Shown here: positions 45,918 to 52,233 of the stretch, piece after piece
Numbering within the stretch: position 1 is the stretch's first letter
Layout of the letters: every line of letters begins with the position of its first letter
Assembly (NCBI GenBank): GCA_045538815.1
Contig: JAZQEE010000066.1
Coordinates: 279-64,278, forward strand
Length of the DNA stretch: 64,000 nt
From: Acutalibacteraceae bacterium
GTDB taxonomy: Bacteria; Bacillota; Clostridia; Oscillospirales; Acutalibacteraceae
Direction of reading: 5' to 3'
The notes under the pieces: generated by a model
The model's input: the letters and a program-made list of their open reading frames with translations, nothing else
Database searches by the model: none
Told to the model about the DNA's origin: nothing
Program-made: the position numbers and the translations under genes

Positions 45918-47000
45918 ATGACTCAGAAAACCCTTGAATTGAAGCAGCTTTTTGAAGAAAAAATCGCTGCTGTCAGCCTCACGGCTGAGGTTGAGCAGCT
46001 GAGAATCGAGTTTCTCGGCAAAAAGGGCTCTGTTGCCGCTCTTATGCAGGAGCTTCGCAACGTTCCCAACGAACAGAAAAAAGAAGCAGGTCAGAAAATA
46101 AACGAGGTCAAGCAGTTTGTTGAAAGCGCAATCGCTTCAAAGCTTGAAGAGCTTAAAAAGCTTGAAGAGCAGAGACTTATTGACGCAGCGGAAAGCTATG
46201 ACGAATCCATGCCTACCGATAATGATCTCGGTTCATATCACCCCATCACTCTCGTGCGCAGAGAGGTCGAAAACATCTTCCTGAGCATGGGCTTCTCAAT
46301 CGAGGACTATTCGGAAATCACAGATGACTATAACTGCTTTGAGGCTCTTAACATTCCCAAGCATCATCCCGCAAGAGATATGCAGGATACTTATTATCTC
46401 AGCTCGGGTCAGCTTCTCAAGACTCATACTTCTGCAGCTCAGAATACCATTCTCAGAAAATACAAGGATTCTCTTGAAAAGGGTAATCCCATCAGAGCTA
46501 TTTTCCCCGGCAGATGCTTCAGAAATGAAAAAATTGACGCATGCCACGAAAACACCTTCTTCCAGATGGAAGGCATCATGGTTGATAAGGACATTTCAAT
46601 TTCAAACCTTATTTACTTCATGAAAACAATGCTTTCCGAAGTTTTCCAGAGAGATATTACGGTCAGACTCCGCCCCGGTTTCTTCCCCTTCGTTGAGCCC
46701 GGCTTCGAGCTTGACATTCAGTGCCTTATCTGCGGCGGTGAGGGCTGCCCCTCCTGCAAGGATTCAGGCTGGCTTGAGCTTTGCCCCTGCGGCATGATTC
46801 ACCCCAATGTTCTGACTGCAGCAGGAATTGACCCCGAGAAGTATATCGGCTTTGCTTTCGGTCTCGGTATGACCAGACTTGCAATGATGAGATACGGCGT
46901 TAAGGATATCCGTGTGTTCAACAGCGGCAACCTCAAGTCACTTTCTCAGTTCACCGAAAAATCCTTCACAAGACCCGAAAACGAAAGCAAGGAGGCATAA
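45918..47000 (+). CDS. pheS: phenylalanine--tRNA ligase alpha subunit
   Basis: Class II aaRS motifs (HPARDMQDTYY, FPGRCFRNE, GFAFGLGMTRLAM). Confidence 0.97.
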   Translation: MTQKTLELKQLFEEKIAAVSLTAEVEQLRIEFLGKKGSVAALMQELRNVPNEQKKEAGQKINEVKQFVESAIASKLEELKKLEEQRLIDAAESYDESMPTDNDLGSYHPITLVRREVENIFLSMGFSIEDYSEITDDYNCFEALNIPKHHPARDMQDTYYLSSGQLLKTHTSAAQNTILRKYKDSLEKGNPIRAIFPGRCFRNEKIDACHENTFFQMEGIMVDKDISISNLIYFMKTMLSEVFQRDITVRLRPGFFPFVEPGFELDIQCLICGGEGCPSCKDSGWLELCPCGMIHPNVLTAAGIDPEKYIGFAFGLGMTRLAMMRYGVKDIRVFNSGNLKSLSQFTEKSFTRPENESKEA

Positions 47001-47003
47001 GCA

Positions 47004-49367
47004 ATGTTTGTTTCAATAAATTGGATTAAAGATTATGTCAATCTTGACGGAATTGATATAAAGAAGCTTATCGAAAGCTTCACTCTTGCAACCGCAGAGG
47101 TTGAAGATATAATCGAAAAGGGCGCCGATATTCAGAATGTTGTTGTCGGTGAAATCCTTTCGGTTGAAAATCATCCCAACTCAAACAAGCTTCATCTTCT
47201 TAAAGTTGATGCAGGCGAAAAAGTTTGCAACATCGTTTGCGGCGCACCCAATGTTGCTGTAGGTCAGAAAGTTGCTCTTGCCCTTGCCGGCGGCAGAGTT
47301 TGCGGCGGTGAAATCAAGATTGCGACCGTTGCAGGCTATGAGTCAGAGGGTATGTGCTGTTCTGAAAAGGAACTCGGCATCAGCGATGACCATTCGGGCA
47401 TCATGGAGCTTGATCCTTCCCTCAAGAACGGCACAAACATAAAGGATATCTTCCCCATTGACGATATCATTTTTGAAGTTGACAACAAGTCGCTCACCAA
47501 CCGCCCCGACCTCTGGGGTCATTACGGCATCGCAAGAGAGTTTGCTGCACTCACAGGCAGAGAGCTTAAGCCTCTCAAGCTTGGCGACCTTTCATATGAC
47601 GGCGATGAAGCAGTCGATGTTACCGTTGGCAGAGAAGACCTTGTTTACAGATATTCCTGCATCAAGATGGATAACATCACAAAGAACAAGAGCCCTCTTG
47701 ATATGAGAATCCGTCTTTACTACTGCGGAATGAGAGGAATCAATCTTCTCGCTGACGTAACAAATTACATCATGCTTGAAATAGGTCAGCCCACTCATGC
47801 ATTTGCAGGCAGCGCAATTGATAACATTGTTGTAACAACTCCCAAGGAGAAGATTAAGTTCAAGACTCTTGACGGCGTTGAAAGAGACATTGACGAAGAA
47901 ACTCTTATGATCTGCAACGGTGACACTCCCGTAGGTATTGCAGGTATCATGGGCGGTCTTGAATCCGAAATCGTTGAGGATACCGGCTCCGTTGTTCTCG
48001 AAAGTGCAAACTTTGACGGCGTAAGCATCCGTAAATCTTCGTCAAGACTCGGTCACAGAACCGACGCGAGCGCAAGATATGAGAAAATGCTTGATCCTGA
48101 GCTTACTCTTGACGCTGTTGGCAGATTTGTTCAGCTTGTCAAGGAAATTGATGAGGGCGCAAAGGTTGCTTCAAAGCTTACCGATAAGTATGTAAGAAAG
48201 TATCCCGAAATCTCGCTTTCATTTGATAAGAAGTATGTTGACCGCTACACCGGCATCGACATCAGCAATGAGCAGATTAACAAAACTCTTACCGCTCTCG
48301 GCTTCGGCGTTGACTATGCAGACGGCAACTATACAGTAAAGGTTCCCTCATGGAGAGCAACAAAGGATGTTACAATCAAGGCTGATATCATCGAGGAAAT
48401 CACCAGAATTTACGGCTATGATAACTTTGATATAACAACAACCCGCAGCCCCCTCAAGCCCGTTCCCAATGATTATGCAAAGATGGAAGATGCTGAAGTT
48501 CAGGATATTCTTGTCAAGAAATATGCGCTTCACGAAATCCATTCATATGTATGGTGTGACGGAAGAAAATATAAGAAACTCGGAATCGAAGTTGAAGATA
48601 ATGTAAGAGTTCTCAATATTGAAAACTCCGATAACGGCGTTCTCAGAAATTCAATGCTTCCCACTCTTCTTGTTGCTGCAAGCGAAAACAAGGATTTTGC
48701 AGAAAAATTCGGTATTTTTGAAATCGGCAGAGTAGTTGACGGAACAAAGGAAAGCGGCGAATGCAACGAAAGAAAGCGTCTCGGCGTTGTTCTTTATGAT
48801 AAGAGCGGCAACGAAAAAGCTCTTTATCTCAAGGCGGTTGAAATGATTAACTGCATCGTCGGCGAAACCAAGCAGAAAAAAGCAGGCTATGCAAAAATCG
48901 CTCCCGTTTCATCATGGCAGCATCCCAAGAATACTGCCGAAATCAGCATTGACGGCGAGAAGGTGGGCATCCTCTGCGCCCTTCACCCCACAAACCGCTC
49001 AAAGTTTGATAAGGTTGCGGCAGCAGTATGCTTTGAAATTGATATGGATTCATTCAGCGCAATCAACGCAAATGCAATCAGCTTCCGTGAGCCCAGCACT
49101 CAGCAGTCAACCTATTATGATCTTTCGCTTGTTATCGGCGGCGAAACCAAGTATTCCGATATCGCAGCATGCTGGGAATCACTCGGTCTTGCAGAGCTTG
49201 AAAGCGCAAAGGTTATTGACACTTATGAGACTGCAGATGTCAAGAGTATAACAGTCCGCCTCGTTTTTGCGGCAATGGACAGAACTCTTGAAATGGAAGA
49301 GGTTCAGGGCTGGATTGACAGCGTTCTTGCAAATCTTGCAAAAATCGGCGTTACACTCCGTGCATAA
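47004..49367 (+). CDS. pheT: phenylalanine--tRNA ligase beta subunit
   Basis: MFVSINWIKDYV N-terminus, tRNA-binding domain, B3/4 and B5 domains, and a ferredoxin-fold anticodon-binding C-terminus. Starts 4 nt after pheS. Confidence 0.97.
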   Translation: MFVSINWIKDYVNLDGIDIKKLIESFTLATAEVEDIIEKGADIQNVVVGEILSVENHPNSNKLHLLKVDAGEKVCNIVCGAPNVAVGQKVALALAGGRVCGGEIKIATVAGYESEGMCCSEKELGISDDHSGIMELDPSLKNGTNIKDIFPIDDIIFEVDNKSLTNRPDLWGHYGIAREFAALTGRELKPLKLGDLSYDGDEAVDVTVGREDLVYRYSCIKMDNITKNKSPLDMRIRLYYCGMRGINLLADVTNYIMLEIGQPTHAFAGSAIDNIVVTTPKEKIKFKTLDGVERDIDEETLMICNGDTPVGIAGIMGGLESEIVEDTGSVVLESANFDGVSIRKSSSRLGHRTDASARYEKMLDPELTLDAVGRFVQLVKEIDEGAKVASKLTDKYVRKYPEISLSFDKKYVDRYTGIDISNEQINKTLTALGFGVDYADGNYTVKVPSWRATKDVTIKADIIEEITRIYGYDNFDITTTRSPLKPVPNDYAKMEDAEVQDILVKKYALHEIHSYVWCDGRKYKKLGIEVEDNVRVLNIENSDNGVLRNSMLPTLLVAASENKDFAEKFGIFEIGRVVDGTKESGECNERKRLGVVLYDKSGNEKALYLKAVEMINCIVGETKQKKAGYAKIAPVSSWQHPKNTAEISIDGEKVGILCALHPTNRSKFDKVAAAVCFEIDMDSFSAINANAISFREPSTQQSTYYDLSLVIGGETKYSDIAACWESLGLAELESAKVIDTYETADVKSITVRLVFAAMDRTLEMEEVQGWIDSVLANLAKIGVTLRA

Positions 49368-49453
49368 GAATTAAGATTATTGAACTTTTTTCTTAAAAAG
49401 CATTGTTTTATTTCAAAAGGTGTTATATAATATAATGAACGGAGGTGTCCGAA

Positions 49454-49702
49454 ATGACCGATAAAACAATAAAATTTTCAATCAAAGACGAAAACGAAGT
49501 TGAAATGAAGAAAAATCTTCTTGCAGTTTATGAGGCTTTGAACGAGAAAGGCTATAATTCAATAAGCCAGATAGTCGGATATATTCTTTCGGAGGATCCG
49601 ACTTATATTACCACGCATAATAACGCACGCAGCCTTGTCAGAAGGCTCGACAGAGATGAGCTTCTTCAGGCTATGGTAAAGTGCTATCTCGGAATAAAAT
49701 AA
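49454..49702 (+). CDS. ireB: IreB-family regulatory phosphoprotein (UPF0297/YrzL)
   Basis: VYEALNEKGYNSISQIVGYILSEDPTYITTHNNARSLVRRLDRDELLQ is the conserved DUF965 core. ATG at 49454 follows GGAGG. Confidence 0.85.
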   Translation: MTDKTIKFSIKDENEVEMKKNLLAVYEALNEKGYNSISQIVGYILSEDPTYITTHNNARSLVRRLDRDELLQAMVKCYLGIK

Positions 49703-49726
49703 CAGAATTACCGGAGGAGTAGAATA

Positions 49727-50020
49727 ATGGCTAAGAAAAATAATTTTCTTATGTATAAGGGCAGACCTCTTGTAAGAAGCGGCAAAACCGTTTATTACGG
49801 CTATATGAGCGACCCTTATGTAGTTATAATGCAGATAACAAGCACAAGAGAAATCAAAGGCGTTGAGGTTGCGGACAGAGTAGTTGTTCAGCTTGTCAAC
49901 ACCGACCCCACAGTCAGAATGAAAGACAAGATTGTCAAGAAGGCTGAACGCAAGGGTCTCTACAGTGCAATGGATATCGGTTGCATCTGGCTCGAGAGAG
50001 AGCTTAAAGAAACTGCATAA
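49727..50020 (+). CDS. hypothetical 97-aa protein
   Basis: GGAGGAG RBS 6 nt upstream, ordinary composition, followed by a terminator. No motif recognised. Confidence 0.55.
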   Translation: MAKKNNFLMYKGRPLVRSGKTVYYGYMSDPYVVIMQITSTREIKGVEVADRVVVQLVNTDPTVRMKDKIVKKAERKGLYSAMDIGCIWLERELKETA

Positions 50021-50047
50021 CAGGGGAGATAACCCAAAAATCAAAAC

Positions 50048-50079
50048 AGCGGCTTGCAGGGCAAAACCTGCGAGCCGCT
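50048..50079 (+). terminator. hairpin terminator after the 97-aa ORF
   Basis: AGCGGCTTGCAGG / CCTGCGAGCCGCT stem followed by a T-rich stretch. Confidence 0.7.
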
Positions 50080-50131
50080 TTCTGCATTCTTTTGGATAAA
50101 TACGGAATAATAATTATGTTTCTATTCATTA

Positions 50132-50157
50132 TATATAGTGAATTGTATATAGTGAAT
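50132..50157 (+). repeat. 12-bp direct repeat (14-bp period) in the promoter region of the 50193 gene
   Basis: TATATAGTGAAT at 50132-50143 and again at 50146-50157. Confidence 0.8.
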
Positions 50158-50192
50158 CTTCAGAGCGTAATCCGTTATTTACGGGAGGGTGT

Positions 50193-51752
50193 ATGATATA
50201 TAGAAATCGGTACTTAAAAAGCGGTCAAACCTGCATTCTTTTTTGCGCAGTTCTGTTTGCTGCGTTTGCGGTTCTTGCATATCTTTTTCCGTATTCGGGC
50301 GATGACTGGGCGTGGGGAAGCGAAATCGGTCTTGAAAGGCTTGAGAGCGGTTTTGACGGTTATAATGGCAGATATCTCGGAAATCTGCTCGTGCTTGCGC
50401 TGACAAGACGCAAGCTTTTGCAGACTCTCACGGTTGCGGCTTCAACGCTTTGTCTGTGTGTGATGCCTGCCGTTTATTGTTCATCTCTCAGAATTTCATT
50501 GCTTTCGTTCTCGGCTCTGCTCATTTTTCTCATTCCCAAGCAGGTTTTTGTTCAGTCCGTTGTCTGGACAGCAGGCTTTTCAAATTACATTCCGCCGATT
50601 CTGTTGGTGTTTGCATATTTTCTGATTATCAGGAATACTTTCGGCGAAAAACCCGTCTATAAAAAATATATACTAATAATGACATTTCTTCTCGGCTTTG
50701 CATGTACTCTGTTTATGGAAAATGTAACGCTTTATGCTGTTGTAATATCATTTTTGATTGCTTTATATACAAGAATTAGGCACGGAAAGCTTTTTCTTTC
50801 GCATATTGCAAATCTGGTCGGTTGTGTTCTCGGTGCAGCGATTATGTTTTCGAATTCCGCTTATTCGGGAGTTCTCGCACAGAAGGACAGATACCGTTCA
50901 ACCGCCATGAGTGAAGGTTTTATGCCTACCCTCAAAGGTCATCTTGAAACAATAATCAACCAGCTTTTTGTCAATAATATTCCGCTGATAATAATTATCA
51001 GCGTGCTTTGTGTTATTCTTGCCGTGTCGTTTCTTAAAAAAAACGAAAATGCAAAGCACAGATCGGTTGTTTATACTACTGCTTTTCTCAATGTACTGAC
51101 CGCAGGGCTGATATGTGCAAAAAATAGGTTTCCATATTGGATTTTTGCGGTCGGAAACGAAAAAAGCAGTAATATGACAATTTTATTTTTCGCTTTCATT
51201 GTCTGCATATATTGTTTATCCGTGCTTTTGTCGGTGATTGTCTGCGTGACGGATAATGATAAAAAGTTCAGCATTCTTCTTCTGCTTATCAGCGCACCGG
51301 TTCTTATTGCGCCCTTGCTTATCGTAAATCCCATAGGTCCCAGATGCTTTATGCCGCCTTATTTTATGATGTCTGCTTTTTGCGTGAGTCTTTTTGATTA
51401 TCTGCAGAGAGAAATTCGTCTGAGCGAAATTATGAATAAGGGAATTGTGCTTTCTTCTTGGGCTGTAAGTCTTGCGATTTTTATTTTTGCATTCAGCGTT
51501 TATTCAACCGTTCATACCTACGCTGTAAAAAGAGATGAATATGTTATTAAGCAGGTTGAAAAGGGCGAGAGCGTTGTAATTGTATGCAAGCTTCCGTACG
51601 GTTCATATGTCTGGACGGGTGATCCCGTATCTGACCCATGGGATTACAGATATAAGCTTTTCAACGGAATAAATGAAAATATAAAATTTGAATTTCTGTC
51701 TTACTCCGAATTTGATAAATGGGCAGGGGAATATAGCGGCACAAACCCGTAG
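50193..51752 (+). CDS. polytopic integral membrane protein, GT-C-like (DUF6056-like)
   Basis: GGGAGGG RBS. About 12 predicted TM segments. Acidic first-loop motif YSGDDWAWG. Soluble C-terminal ~90 aa. The family name is recalled, not searched. Confidence 0.65.
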   Translation: MIYRNRYLKSGQTCILFCAVLFAAFAVLAYLFPYSGDDWAWGSEIGLERLESGFDGYNGRYLGNLLVLALTRRKLLQTLTVAASTLCLCVMPAVYCSSLRISLLSFSALLIFLIPKQVFVQSVVWTAGFSNYIPPILLVFAYFLIIRNTFGEKPVYKKYILIMTFLLGFACTLFMENVTLYAVVISFLIALYTRIRHGKLFLSHIANLVGCVLGAAIMFSNSAYSGVLAQKDRYRSTAMSEGFMPTLKGHLETIINQLFVNNIPLIIIISVLCVILAVSFLKKNENAKHRSVVYTTAFLNVLTAGLICAKNRFPYWIFAVGNEKSSNMTILFFAFIVCIYCLSVLLSVIVCVTDNDKKFSILLLLISAPVLIAPLLIVNPIGPRCFMPPYFMMSAFCVSLFDYLQREIRLSEIMNKGIVLSSWAVSLAIFIFAFSVYSTVHTYAVKRDEYVIKQVEKGESVVIVCKLPYGSYVWTGDPVSDPWDYRYKLFNGINENIKFEFLSYSEFDKWAGEYSGTNP

Positions 51753-51795
51753 AGGCGATTCATGAATCGCCCGCAAAATAATTTCAGCATCCCTC

Positions 51796-51824
51796 TTGAC
51801 AAACTTGTTCTAATGCGTTAGAAT
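51796..51824 (+). promoter_or_regulatory. sigma-A type promoter of the blaI/blaR1-like operon
   Basis: TTGACA (51796-51801), 17-nt spacer, TAGAAT (51819-51824). Confidence 0.65.
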
Positions 51825-51847
51825 AAAACCGTACTAATGCATTAGAA
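51808..51847 (+). promoter_or_regulatory. two palindromic operator-like sites overlapping the promoter
   Basis: TTCTAATGCGTTAGAA (51808-51823, overlaps the -10) and TACTAATGCATTAGAA (51832-47, containing the perfect 12-bp palindrome CTAATGCATTAG). Start-to-start distance is 24 bp. Confidence 0.6.
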
Positions 51848-51871
51848 TGAATGCCAAGGGGGAATTTTTAT

Positions 51872-52231
51872 ATGTCAACGCCCAAAATTTTTGAAAGCGA
51901 ATACCGATTCTGTCTCATTCTTTGGGAAAATGAGCCGATAAGCAGCAGGGAGCTTTCAGAACTGTGCAAAGAAAAGCTCGGCTGGTCAAAAACAACAACC
52001 TATACCGTCATAAAGCGTTTGTCTGAGAGGGGAGTTGTCAAGAATGAAAACACAATCGTTACCTCTCTTGTTTCAAAAGATGAAGCGCAGATTTCTGAAA
52101 TTGACGAGCTGGTTGAAAAGAAGTTTGAAGGCTCAATTCCTGCGTTTATTGCCGCATTCGCAAAGAGCAGAAAGCTTTCGGATAAGGAGATTGAAGAGAT
52201 ACGGCAGATTATTGAACAAGGGGGCAGGTAA
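51872..52231 (+). CDS. BlaI/MecI/CopY-family transcriptional repressor
   Basis: Winged-helix core SEYRFCLILWENEPISSRELSELC...GWSKTTTYTVIKRLSERGVV. ATG at 51872 follows an AAGGGGGA RBS. Confidence 0.9.
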   Translation: MSTPKIFESEYRFCLILWENEPISSRELSELCKEKLGWSKTTTYTVIKRLSERGVVKNENTIVTSLVSKDEAQISEIDELVEKKFEGSIPAFIAAFAKSRKLSDKEIEEIRQIIEQGGR

Positions 52232-52233
52232 GG

